Shown piece after piece: positions 51,440 through 64,000 of a DNA stretch of 64,000 bases (the first letter of the stretch is position 1; every line of letters starts with the position of its first letter). This stretch comes from Octopus bimaculoides (lineage: Eukaryota). The stretch lies in contig NC_068982.1 of assembly GCF_001194135.2 (NCBI RefSeq), positions 2,081,817-2,145,816 on the forward strand, given 5' to 3'. The notes under the pieces were generated by a model that saw nothing but the letters and a program-made list of their open reading frames with translations, was not told the origin of the DNA and ran no database searches. Made by a program: the position numbers and the translations under genes.

Positions 51440-51628
51440 CATGGGCGAAATGCTTAGGAGCATTTGTGTCTTATTACGTTGTGAGTTTTAACTCCTCCGA
51501 AGTCTACTTTGCTTTTCGTTCTCGTGGAGACGATAAAATAAGTACCAGTTAAGCAGTGAGGTCGTTGTAATCAACGTATTCCCTCCTCAGAAATTGCAGG
51601 CTTGTCCCAAAATTTGGAAACAATATTC
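51440..51628 (+). mobile_element. tRNA-derived SINE family A, diverged
   Basis: gggcgaaatgcttag...ttacgttgtgagtt...ctactttgcttttc...gataaaataagtaccagttaag. Confidence 0.75.
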
Positions 51629-51639
51629 CTCTAAGTTAA

Positions 51640-51845
51640 AGTGCGAGCTGGTAGAATCAAGCGACACACAATGAAATTCCGTCGATCTTTACGTTCTGAG
51701 TTCAAATTCTGCTGCGGTCAAATTCGCCCTTCATTCATTTATAGATCGTTAAAATAAATACCAGTTGAACACCAGATTCGATTTTATCGCCGTATTTCCT
51801 CCCCAAAATGTGTTGGCCTTATGCTAGCATTTGAAGCCAATATTA
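51640..51845 (+). mobile_element. tRNA-derived SINE family A, diverged
   Basis: gcgagctggtagaatc...ctttacgttctgagttcaaattctgc...taaaataaataccagttgaac. Confidence 0.8.
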
Positions 51846-51874
51846 TAATTTTGTATTATAAAAATTCTTACTAC

Positions 51875-52075
51875 TGTAGGTACAAGGTATAAAGGTTTGG
51901 GGGCTAAGAGGCAAATCGATTACATCGATCTCAATGCTCAACTGATACTTATTTCATTGACTCCCAAAGGAAAAATAGCGAAGGTGACTTCGGCAGCATT
52001 TGAACTCAGACCGTAAAGACGGACGAAATACTGCTAAGCAATTTTCCAGGGTGCCAATAACTGCCAGTTCACCGA
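51875..52075 (-). mobile_element. tRNA-derived SINE family A, diverged
   Basis: Plus strand caactgatacttattt...atttgaactcagaccgtaaagacggacgaaatactgctaagc...ctgccagttcacc is the reverse complement of family A. Confidence 0.8.
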
Positions 52076-54125
52076 CTTATTTCGTATCATAATAAAGAAA
52101 TGTAAAACTTATCTATATAAGTTGATCTACTATACATGAGCACTAGTTTTTGCTGTAAAATTTCTATCAACTTCTCAACAGTCCTAAAATGAGATTATAT
52201 TTTTGAAACGTAATTAAGCATTTTTGGTCTGATTAGCGCTTTCCATCCAAGAAAATATAACGAATTCAAAATTTTCATGCATTTCCTCTTAATAATTTCT
52301 ACAACATTGGTGTTCATTGTATTTTATGTGGCTGTGAATTGCATACAAAAAACACAAAATGGATATTCTTTTTGTTCTAATATATGTAGTTCACTAAAAC
52401 AATTAAGCGAATAGAATATTTCAGCAACACCACATCAGTTATTTTTATTCTTTATAGGTTTTATTCTGGGTTTCAATGCTTGATTAGGGCCTCATTACAT
52501 CTGCATGCATATAACATGAAATAGGGTTCTGAGAAAATCATCTTGGATTTGGCAGTAATTCTATTGCATTTCATGCTAAAGACACTGCAGTTAACACGTG
52601 ACCGATATACACTTCTTTAAGTATGTAAAAGAAAAAAAAAACAGACTAACGTAAACCTCAATTATATAGCAATTGTGTTATGGGAGTCCATAAGAATACA
52701 TTAAATATGTTTTTATGTTATACAATCCAACATGTGATTACACGTGTTTCACATAATAGTGTATAGCAGAAAAATACTGCCTCTGCAATCAGTGACGATG
52801 CAAAGCAACGTTTAATGTTTGCACCGCATATTTTAGGGAAACAAATAGAGAGTAATTGGATCGGCTTCTATAAAATAATAGCTGTTGTCGTTTCCTCACA
52901 CGTCAGTCGCAATCACAGTTTAACTCTTACCAATAACATTTCAGCTGTGATTGCACTTTTTTTTCGCTATTTATATTGTATTACACACACATGCACAAAC
53001 GCACACAAACACACACACACACACGCACACAGACACACGAGTAGTTAATGCATCTTCTATTATGTAAGTTTGATGGTGAAGTTTTGGCTGGCACATGTAG
53101 GAGATCGAGTCGTACGAGAAATGATGAATGACGATATCTTAACAGTAGCTTGTATGCTGTTCGATCATAATTTAAGGAAGAGGCATTAATGTAAGCATAT
53201 TCAGTGTTCTACATCGTTCTAGATTAGCAAGTCCATCGTATAACAAAAATAAACAACCCATAGGAGCATAATCATTTGAGCGTCGGGCAAATATCCCTCC
53301 AGCATGAAGCTAGGAGCCGTGTCGTCTAAGATCAATTTGTACATTCATACACGAGTCTACTTCTTTAAAGCTCAAAAGTATAAAGTTCCTACGAAATACG
53401 GAGGTTTATTTTAGTTCTAGAATGCTTTTTAAACGTGGGTAGAATTAAGATAAAAGATAAACGGAAATTTTCTGCTATATATAAACAAGTATATACACAA
53501 TAATTAATTAAAAACTTACAACGGTTAAATAAAAAATTTGTTCATTCCTGTGCGATATTTCGTTGATGTTATCTTATAGTAATGATTATGAATGATGTAT
53601 CGTTTATTTTTTAGTTTTTGGGTAAATTAAAATCTTGTCCCTGTTTTAGGTTCTCGTCTTACTATTAAAGTGAATGAGCGACAGGGCATGATGTTCAACT
53701 TTCAATACAGAAATAATTAACGTGCAGCTGATTGAAAAAGCTTCACTAAAATCGTTTATTATTAATTCCCCTAACGTGTTTAACTAATATCAATTTTTAA
53801 AAAAATATTGTAATATGCAAGGGAATTTTCATTTAAACATTTCGTTTCGAACCAAGTAAGTGATACGAATGTGGTTTACACAAGCAGTAAAAAAAATCAT
53901 CACAGAATATTCATTGGCTAATTTAATAATGTAAATTAAGGATCGGATCCTACTAAAAAATATGTTATACTTAGAGTTTGACTTCCTCAGCAGTAAAAAT
54001 CATCAGAAAATTGTTGATGTTGGTGTAGTTGTTTGGTTCCGCATGATTTAGCGGCTGAGTTTTAGACGCAGTATAAGAAGGACCACATTATCCAAGTTAC
54101 AAATCTCTATTTAAATTGTTTAGGT

Positions 54126-54254
54126 TATTTACATTTGACGGATATTTATCCTCATCTTTTTTGTTGTTAACGCAACGTTTCGGCTGATATACTCTCATCA
54201 CGTGTCTAGTGGAAATTTCGAACCTGGGTTCTCATTCTTAAGGTATTTTTTCGA

Positions 54255-54289
<35 letters not shown>

Positions 54290-54360
54290 TCACTGCTTCG
54301 AATCGAACTTTGAATGTTGGGGTTAGTAGCCCGCGCTCTTAAGCACTGCGCTATTTGCCC
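54126..54360 (-). mobile_element. Second copy of the tRNA-head + (TAA)n + hammerhead module
   Basis: Shares aacgtttcggctgatatac, gaaatttcgaacc, aaggtattttt(t)cgat, ttatt.aggtcactg, cgaatcgaact and cgcgc.ctcttaa.cact with 5846-6012. Hammerhead at 54169-54206: gacac gTGATGA [stem II partly deleted] tcagcc GAAAC gtt gcgtt. Confidence 0.85.
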
Positions 54361-55434
54361 ATCAAATCTAAATACTGTACATAATTTCTCATCTCTTAAA
54401 TACAGAACTCTGAAATCTCTATTTACTACAAAATAATTTGCTGTGAGAGAGATTTGGCTGTTATGTCAGGACGGTAAATAAATTCTTATAGAATTACACT
54501 TAACGCGGTTTATTTAATTACATTTTTATTTCTGTGCGCTCCTGTTGGCTTGGAGCTGGAAAGAAGATGCATAGTTGTACAGCTACTATATTTTCAATTC
54601 CACTGGACACTGGTGGTTATTACATGTTGCCGGTGATGGTTAATATGGCAATATCTATATTATTTTAAACAAAAATGAATGATGAGGAAAATAGGAAAAC
54701 AGAAACTAGCCTTGGCCCTGTATATTAACAGGGTATATTAAAATATTTTCGAATGTACAGTAAGTGCTGATCAAGAAGGACCTGTTGTCTACTTGACCAC
54801 GAAACTAAATCTAAAGTATTACTCAATCGCTCGTTAAATGCTGCCAATATTCACAATATCCATTTAATATTGATCCGATTTCGTGGATGTTTCAAACAGG
54901 TCTATGGTTTCTTTCTGTAGAAGTATTTTCGATTATGTTACATTATATTACCATTTTTCTGACATTTATACAAGTACGGATACGTACATAGGAAAGAAAA
55001 CAAATCTCTTAAAAAAAGGATTCATAATAATTTTCCGTATAATATTGCGGATATATTTAATATCAAAATGAAATCCTCGGAACAAAAGAGACGAAGGCAG
55101 CCAAACTAATAATCCTACGGTCTATTCATGTCATTCCTATATCTGAAAACTACATTATTATATTTCGTTTATACACCTAAACATACTTTCTTTCTTCGAT
55201 TATGTTCAGCAATTGCTATCTTCCAGAATCAATAAAATTCTTATTCACCATACATAACCCTTCTTCTCATCGTTTCTATCAGAGAAGGCCTTTATTTTGT
55301 TCTGCAAACTCACATACTTCATATACTTAAAATATTAGTCTGGTCCCATTTGCCGATGGTTTTATATTACTGAAAACCTTATCTAGTATCTGCCAAACTT
55401 TATACAGTTCTCGCTTTCCGGTCTGTGTATGTGT

Positions 55435-55484
<50 letters not shown>

Positions 55485-56137
55485 CCAAACACATTCAAAA
55501 TAATCTGAAATAATACATACATATATATGTGTGTGTGTGTGTATCTGCATGTGTTTTGTAATATGAGGTATACATAGATGTACAGGCTTATTTATATACA
55601 TACACACACAAACACACACAGACATGCACGCAGATACATACACATACACGAAGACACGTACACATACAAGCACATACATATAAACACACACGTCTACATG
55701 CGTGTGTGTTCTTTTCCTATCTATTACTGATATCAAGGATAATGTCGAAGAAGAGACAGCTGGAAGATTCGAGGGACACAATTTCACTAAACTGTAATAA
55801 CATGAAGTAGCATGCTTCGCAATCTACAATTTGAACACCAGAGCTTATGATCATGTGTTGTATGTGTGTGTGCGTGTGTGTGTGTGTGTGTGTGTTTATG
55901 TATCGTTGCTATTATGCAAAAGTGTTGTAAGTTGAAAACGTTACATTTTCAGAAAACAAAAAACTAGTTTCACCATTCCATAGCAAAACAGTTTGACAAT
56001 TTTTGATATATTGGCATCAAAAGCAGCTGCAGATACGATAGTTTGTCCAAAAGAACCGGCTGTTGCAAGCAAAAATATACTTTGAATAAAACGCCTTTGG
56101 CCACATTTGGACATACGACAGTTTAACATAATAGCAA

Positions 56138-56220
<83 letters not shown>

Positions 56221-57059
56221 ACACACATACATACATAGAAACATTTGTCTGTGTGTGTATGAATATACATGATTGTGTATGTCTCCCTCGTTATATGTGC
56301 GTGTATGCGCGCACGCGTTTGTGTATGACTGCCTGCAGATGGAATTACAACCGCAAGCATAAAACGTCACAAGATTATTTCTATTGATTCAACATTTGAA
56401 TATCCACGAATATAAATTGTTGGACAACTTGCATTTCGCATCTTCATTATAGAGCACTCATTCACCATTTTCAGTATCGTATTCTTTTCACTGGAGTTAT
56501 TGGATGAAGGCAATTCGATATCGATCAAGCCGTGTTTCCCAGAAGTGTAAATGCTTCCTCTCACTAGAAACAGTCTAGAATAACTTGCTTCTTTCCATTT
56601 CTTGATTAGTCGCCGGGTATTCCACCAGTGTGTTCAGCTATTCCATATAAATAGACATTTTGAAAATTCGGTAAATATAATGCATTGCACGTTTGCTTTA
56701 GTTTTTGAAAACTGGCATTTTTTTTGTAGACTGTGCATTAGCATGTGAGAACATGACTGAAACAAAAAGATTCCGTGACTACAGGCAAGGGAACATCTGT
56801 TTCTGAAATTGCGCAAGTTTTCCCCAAATAAACATCACTATTTATTAGTATCACGGAAATATAACAAGGGTAACTGGAATAATTTGTAAACGCTTGTGTG
56901 AATTCAATTGTAGCATTTCACCATCGGGGAAGCGATAATAATTCAGATGTATGTACAAATGATTCTAGGTGTATACATGTATAAACATACTTATACAGGT
57001 ATATAATTAAATGCAATGATAATATTAACACATATCTGTTTATATATATGAGCATATGT

Positions 57060-57202
<143 letters not shown>

Positions 57203-57284
57203 TCTCTCTGTCTTTATAAATACAATTATATATATATACATATAAGTATATATAGGATCACAACATATAGGTACACGGCGGCAT

Positions 57285-57556
57285 AATTTCTTTTCCTCAA
57301 CAGGCCCTGTCCCGTTTAACATTGTCCTGAAACGGATAAAAGAGGAAAAGGACCCTATCAGCTTTAAGCGGAGTCTAGACAGATTTCTTCAAGGAATATC
57401 AGACAAGCCACCCATACCTGGATATAACCTAGTACTTAAATGGACCATAAACAAAACTTGACTTAAAAGGATTTAGATAATCTAATCAGGTGGTGCTACT
57501 AAGTTAGACATGACCTGGACCAATCTAAGCTCGAAACATATTTAAGTTTATCTAAG
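57285..57556 (+). mobile_element. 3' end of a CR1/L2-group LINE
   Basis: GPVPFNIVLKRIKEEKDPISFKRSLDRFLQGISDKPPIPGY fits GP.LFN.LP..I......FK..LD.FL..IPD.P..PGY; 3' UTR ggtggtgc...gacctggacc...gctcgaaac. Confidence 0.8.
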
Positions 57557-57599
57557 TATATATATATATGCGTTTCCAAAATGTGAAAGTGACTCCGAC

Positions 57600-58410
57600 G
57601 CTAATAGAGCTATCCATATATGGACGATGGGGGCTCACAGACATGCAGCCTTTCAGAGGCATCCAAAATCTGTCCAATCTGAACTATCACAAAGCAGATT
57701 GGAAATGAATAGAAATGAGATCACCAATCGGGACAGGTCCCAATGTGTCTTTACACCTCACACCGATATAAAATTGAAAAGTTTTATGTCCATAATATGA
57801 GCGTTATGCTACAAATTTGTCCCAGAGAGGAAGGCCACTGCTCATAAAAACAAGATTCATAGGGAGAGAAAATTTCTTATGAGACGGCATACAAAGACTG
57901 GAAACCACCGCAATAGAGTACTCAAGGGTAGTGAAAAATCCCTCCTGGAAAGAACACTGCTGGAAATAGAGAAACATCTGAAATGCTCCCATAAAAATGA
58001 AAGTGCAGACAAAGACGCCTCGGTTATGAAAAATGTTAAATCAAGCCATAAAGCCTTCTCTATGTACTCCGAGAAAACTGCCGCTGTGTGTTGCAAAGTA
58101 GGATCACTCCTCCAAAAAGATGGTTCTTTCACGGAAGACCAATGAGGATAAATAAAACACTGAATGACCAAGTCAAAAGTGTCTTCACCCCACCGTTATG
58201 TTAGAGTCTTCAAAACAAAACTTGATAACCTCCTGTCAAGAGATCTGGATGCATTTACCTCGTGACAAGGAACGCACGAGGACAGCAACATCAAACTCCA
58301 TCATTCAACAAATGCCACTCATCTGAGAAAAAACTTGTGAAGAAGTAACAAAGTAAACGGTGGTACCCCAGTATGGCCCCGCAGCTCTCGTGCAGAAGCT
58401 AGAAAAGGGG
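57600..58410 (+). mobile_element. CR1/L2-group LINE relic with a large internal deletion (inter-domain region joined to the 3' end)
   Basis: KNVKSSHKAFSMYSEKTAAVCCKVGSLLQKDGSFTED...NDQVKSVFTP (pre-RT linker) is joined at about 58200 to FKTKLDNLLSR...SNSIIQQ (ORF2 C-terminus) and a 3' stem-loop. Confidence 0.75.
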
Positions 58411-58425
58411 GAAATACACACACAC

Positions 58426-58491
<66 letters not shown>

Positions 58492-60440
58492 GCGCGTGTG
58501 TATGTATGTATGTATGTATGTATATGTAAGTATAGATATGTATGTCTGTATGCATACGTATATATGCATAGGTAAACCTACTGATGTATACAAAGCCACA
58601 CATTACCATTCAACACGACTGCCAGGCGGGATATGTTTGTACATCTCTTCAATATATTCGGATCCCGATTTCATTAGTGAAGAGATACGTCATGCAAGGT
58701 TTGTATTGTAGGGAGAAGTCAGATTGTGCGGAAATTACTACTCAGTAATGAAATCCGTGTAAATATATATATATATATATTCAATAAACAATATATACAT
58801 CCCTGTACATACATACGTTAACCTATCCACTACACACACTCTCACCTATATATGTATGTATGCGAGTGTTTTCGTTTCTGTATATAAGCATGTATGTAGG
58901 TATGTATGCTTGTATTCATGGCTATATTCTTTCTCCAGATAAACGTTAGATAATAATGAATATTATGTGCATCAGTGTAACTTATATAAACATTTTTGCT
59001 ATAGAATCCTCATCGTTTTCCTTTCTCTATTCGACGCACTTCTTACATTCTCATTGCTGCAATTTTTGTTCGTTATTTTGAAAATTTTCTTTGTCCTTCA
59101 GTCACAGATTTCTTTTTTGTTTCCCATTCTCCGTACGTTCCAATCTCACTCTTTCTCTGCTTGATTTTGTTTCTTTCGGATGTGCCATGTTGTTTAAGGC
59201 CTAAATTATTTTGTTATTTAGGCTTTCTCACTGCGAAGTGAAGGTTAAGGTTGGAAACGACCGATTCAGCATTCTTCAGTGAGAATAAACGTACGTCACT
59301 CAACTATCGATTTTGCGTATTAACTTAGATTTTGCGTGTGCAGATTAAATTCTTCGGATTTATTTGTTTATTTCACTTGACATGTGTATTGGAACTACCA
59401 ACATGGGAAACCCTTACCCTTCTTTTTCTCGACGTTCTTCTTTCCATTGCTCTAATGATTATGCCATTAAGGATAACAAATTTAACTCTGCTCATTATGA
59501 CTATTGCAGCTGTCATTGATTATTGGCATTGTTTACTCTGCTCCAAACTGAAAATGCATGGAAAGCCATTATGTGCCATTCATTATACGCTACTTTCCAC
59601 ACTATAAAATATATGACATACTAAGAACATTTACACAATTCATTTTGTGGTTTGGATTGTAATGAAGAATAAGCTAAAACTATTTTATGTATGAAAATAT
59701 TGTTCTGCTTTAGGTTGTAAATAAAAGAAACGGCGACAAAGGTTTCACTAATTAAATGGTAGAATTTTTTAAAGAAATGTGTGAAAACAACACGGATCGA
59801 GGAAAATGTACACAACATTTCCAATATGTTCTTTTTTACTTATGATACGGTAAAGTATGACGACACAGCGGCATGGTTTCTAAATCTACGATTTGGAATC
59901 ACCGTGTACGCGCACTTTATGTCACATAACCAGATCTTGTTTGATGAGATATGAAAGAATTTTTATACATGTATATTTCTATTACTTCTCAAAATTATTT
60001 CCCAATATAATGATTAACATTTCTCCTGGCTTACTTAGATACTTAACAGAAAAAAAAATTCCTCTAGATTTACTACATGGGCAACTGAGAAATTCGAAGA
60101 CGTCCAATGGTATCAATTTCAATCGATGCTTTTTGTTACTAGGTAATAAAATAGGAATATTAGATTGCTATGATAAATAGATAACTTTCAATATCGGGGA
60201 GTTTCTATCTACATATATCTGTATACACACACACATATATTCATATATGAATATATATATATATACATACATACATACATACACATACACACATACATAC
60301 ATTACATTATAAGGATACATACATACATACAAATACACACACACACACACACATATATATATATGTATATATATATATGTATATATATTTATATATATAT
60401 ATATTTTTTCCATCTCTCTCTCTCGCTGGTCGTCTTTATA

Positions 60441-60590
60441 AGGCGAACTGGCAAAATCGTTAGCACTCCGATTAAAATGCTTAACGTCATTTTGTCCGTC
60501 TTTACGTTGTAAGTTCAAATTCCATCAAGCTCGATTATTGGCGTTGCTCCAGCATGACCACAACCCTACGGCTGAAAAGAATAAGAGAAT
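60441..60590 (+). mobile_element. SINE family A head fused directly to the ctccagcatg tail (internally deleted)
   Basis: ggcgaactggcaaaatcgttagcac...aagttcaaattcc...ggcgttgctccagcatgaccacaacc...gctgaaaagaataagagaat. Confidence 0.75.
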
Positions 60591-60856
60591 GCACACACAC
60601 ATTCATACGATCTGGTGGCCATAACCCGAATTTACAGAATCAACGAAGTTAGGGTGAACCGAAAACAATAACACACTATGAAATTTTTCTAAAATATTAT
60701 TAACAATAATCAGCATAAAAAAACAGTTTACATAAAAACGAATATATATACAAACAAAAAGCAAATGCTACACCAGATGTGCAGTCAAAATATTTACAAA
60801 GCTAACATACAGTTCAGAATTCGAACTCTGAATCCCAGTTTTTGGTTTCACCAAAA

Positions 60857-60900
60857 TGGCCTCACACAAAACCTGGCCTCACACAAAACCTGGCCTCACA
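60857..60900. repeat. 17-bp tandem repeat, about 2.6 copies
   Basis: tggcctcacacaaaacc twice plus tggcctcaca. Confidence 0.95.
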
Positions 60901-61808
60901 AATTTGGTTTTCCAGAAATTTGCCTTCGAAATATTTGGATTTCATAAAATCTGAATTTCCATTTTATTACAAATTCGGTTTTCGAAACTCGGATTTCGAA
61001 CAGTAGATTTCGAACCTTGATATGTAATAAAATCTATCTTCACTAATTCGGTGTTCAAACTTGCGTTTCGGACCTTAGACCTAAACATAATTAAATCTAA
61101 TGTCAAAGCAACCATTTAAACTAAAAGTTCATGGCACAAAACGTCCGCCAGACTACATCAATAATTATTGTTAAAAAATTAAATAGTCAAACAAAAAGCT
61201 AGTTTGCTTAAATTCACACAAAACTGCTTCATACAAACATTAGGCAAGATTTACAGTTACAAAAATATTGGCTACATGAAAAAATTAAATTCATTCACTC
61301 TTTAACTATTAAATACAAATTTTAACATTTATCTTAACAGAATATAGGTAGCAAAATTACTACATGACATTCCACAAATTCAGAGTTCAAAATTCACATA
61401 AATATTATAACATAACATAACTTAAGAGATTTTTTGTACTCACCCAGATGTGACACAGAAATTATTTTAAATCTGACAAAAGTTCTGGCGAATTCCTGGA
61501 GCATAATAAATAAATCCATACATGCCTAACACAAAGCAAAGTGTGAATAAACTAAATGGGAAATCATAGCTTTCAGAATCCAATTGAACAACTTTGTCTC
61601 ACAGACAAAAATCTGTCACAAAAAAAAAAAAAACGGGCGCGTACAATTATCTCTGCTTATAAATGTTTGCCAGGGTTTAGCCAATTTGAGTTTTGGCTAA
61701 TAACAATTAGCTTCTACCCCCATTTTGACAATGGACTTCAACCTTACCTTACACTGCAGCATGAAAAAGCTGTAAGTTTATCTGTTTGATTAACCTGTTA
61801 CGCTAACA

Positions 61809-61950
61809 GACGGCGAGCTGGTAGAATCGTTAGCACGCCGGGCGAAATGCTTAGCGATATTTCGTCTGCCGTTACGTTCTGAGTTCAAATTCCGCCGATG
61901 TCGACTTTGCTTTCATCATTTCGGAGTCGATAAATTAAGTAACAGTTACA
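61809..61950 (+). mobile_element. tRNA-derived SINE family A, best-preserved copy, 3'-truncated
   Basis: ggcgagctggtagaatcgttagcacgccgggcgaaatgcttagcgatatttcgtctgccgttacgttctgagttcaaattccgccgatgtcgactttgctttcatcatttcggagtcgataaattaagtaacagtt. Confidence 0.9.
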
Positions 61951-63800
61951 TGATCGTGCCGATCTTGTTCCTAAAGTAGAAAATAATTTAACTTTATAAT
62001 TTCCGGATTGCGTTAATTTTTGTAGTAGTTTGTAAGTTAATTTTACAGTTTTTATTTTGTGTCAGCGTTGTTAATATGTTTTGAATTGTTTTTGTGCTGC
62101 TTTGCAGCGGTTTTGCTGGTGGTGCTTTCTCTCCGCTTTGGAGAGAGTTGGCCAGGATAATGCCTAGAAATGCGTTTTATTCGGACCTTATCAGGTCAGA
62201 TTTGTCCACCTCAGAAGAATAATTAGCAAAGGCAGTGCACAGAATTGACAAATTGCTTGAGCCAAAAAATAGTTTCGCTATGATGATGGCGGAGGTAAAA
62301 CGGAGTGAAACAGACATGACAAAAATGAAAGAACATCAGAAAATGGCACAGAAAGCAGGTGGTGACGTAAAGTTGTCGCCTCCACAGAAAGTTATGGAGA
62401 ATATGGAGAAAAAAAAAATTGCTTATAAAGAAGGTAGACCAGGTAGAAGTTGAAACACTCGAAAAGGCGTTGTGTGCGGTATCTAAGGATATGGTGCTTT
62501 TAACAAGAAGGAACAAATATGGAACGGTGGTGGCTCAGTTCAAGACGGAGGAAGTAGCGAGGAGGCTGGTCGTAAATACGGTGAAATCGGATAAAGTGGT
62601 CCTTCTGCACATGTATCTCGGAAGGAAGGCATCCAAGATCGGTCTAGAGTGAATCCCGCCAGATATACATGTGGCTTGGGTTGCGGCGGCTGTCCTTCTC
62701 CTTGTCACGGAAACAGAAGAAGGGCTGTGGAAAGGAAAATCATTGGAACTGATTATTCAAGCTGAAGCGGAATCCCTGGAAAATTTGGCGGAGAGAGTGA
62801 CTGTTAGATACATAAGCTTGAGAGTGTGATCGAGATGTTACTTCAGACAACTGATAGTGATAGGATCAAGATCCCAGGAGAAACCATTCTACCTCAAGAT
62901 GTGAGATTGAAGGTAGTGGTGGAGGGCAGGCCTCCCAGATGTTATTTGTGTGGCGAGAAAGGCCACATGAAGGCGAGGTGCCCCCAGAGAGAAGAAATAG
63001 AACAGTCGGAGGAGCAGCAGAAAGCGAATGATGAGGTACAGGAAGAGGAGGAAGAAGCAGAGGAGGGATTCGAAGGTAAAAAGAAGAACAAGAAACGGCT
63101 CTCCGCCGGAGAGACCGAAAAAGAAATAGAAACAAAGGTGATAGAGGAAGCAGTCGTAAAAGAGGTTGAAAAGAAGGTTGAGAGACAGGTAGAAAAGGAG
63201 GTTGAAAAAGAAGTCATAGAGGGGAAAAAGACAGGAGCAAGCAGACTGGTGAGTTGATTAACCCATGAATTGGAACAGCAGCAAGAGGAAGCAGAGACAA
63301 TGACCGAAATGGATAAAGTGACGCCAAGAGCAAAACACAGTAAACAAAAGCAGAGAATTTGTAACATGTGAGAAAAATGTGTGCACAGAAAAGATGATTA
63401 CGAAGATGAAATCGGTCATAAGGGTGAAGTTGCCAAAGGAGAGTTAGGGTGAGAATGTGAAAGCGATTTTAATAGACAAGGAAAAGTACAGTAGGTGGAA
63501 GGAAAAATGTAGATTCGAACCACCAACCTTCGAGGTTCGACGAACTACCGTCAGTGGTTGATCTTAAGGCCGTATATAAAAAGGTTTTAAAAAAAGTGTA
63601 AAATCAAAAGATGCAAAGAGGTTAATACACGGATTATAAACGGAGAGTAAGAACGTTCAAATGGTACTGCACGTGAGTGAGGCCCATGCAGCTATTTCAT
63701 CTTCATTAATTTCATTGTACATTTTACCATTTTTGTCCCCATTGTGCTGTCCTGTCTGCTTTGTATTGTCCCCTGTCTGTGGCTGTAATAAAAATCATTA
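61951..63800 (+). mobile_element. L1/Tx1-like retroelement carrying only a disrupted ORF1 (gag-like, CCHC zinc knuckle)
   Basis: T-rich 5' UTR; ORF1 pieces 62223-63560 in shifted frames; knuckle V.VEGRPPR-CYLCGEKGHMKARC (62940-62981) followed by an E/K-rich tail; AATAAA at 63787-63792; no endonuclease or RT motifs. Confidence 0.75.
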
Positions 63801-63816
63801 TAATTTATAATTTCCT

Positions 63817-63851
<35 letters not shown>

Positions 63852-64000
63852 CGTTATACATATATATGTGTGTGGGGAAGTGTTGGCGGATTCATTAGCA
63901 TCCAGGCATATCAACAAGTAGCACGCTAGGAGTGGCTGGGTACGATAGCAGTGAGTTTGCACTAAGGTAAAAAGAACAAAACAGGTGACATCAAGTTGGT

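Noticed and set aside
59414-59548. Minus-strand exon bounded by ttttcag and GTAAGG with a late ATG (MERRTSRKRR)
   Set aside because: All frames from the acceptor contain stops, there are upstream ATGs and there is no partner exon; it cannot be distinguished from chance splice-like motifs.

Overview
AT-rich, microsatellite-saturated eukaryotic DNA with 13 assembly gaps (N-runs). The SINE families look like those of Octopus (coleoid cephalopod); this is from recall and was not database-verified. No intact host gene, rRNA, true tRNA gene, CRISPR array or prokaryotic system can be supported, and most ORFs in the track are translations of (TA)n/(CA)n/(GA)n or N-runs. The window reads as intergenic or deep intronic sequence made of decayed mobile elements: more than 15 tRNA-derived SINE copies with mix-and-match head/core/tail modules, CR1-like and RTE LINE fragments, a Penelope-like RT/GIY-YIG fragment, two mariner and one Tc1-like transposase relics, a piggyBac-type MITE (TTAA TSD), a TA-flanked long-TIR MITE, Helitron/Helentron-type non-autonomous elements, and an L1/Tx1-like ORF1-only element with a CCHC knuckle. 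The best candidate for something undescribed is a twice-repeated module in which a tRNA-type Pol III promoter lies about 60-90 nt upstream of a minimal type I hammerhead ribozyme (5846-6012 and 54126-54360, both minus; both copies are mutated). Other leads are a bulge-free 33-bp pri-miRNA-shaped hairpin (25874-25949), a perfect 28-bp hairpin (5611-5670) and the ORF1-only (HAL1-like) retroelement (61951-63800). None of these is proven from sequence alone.
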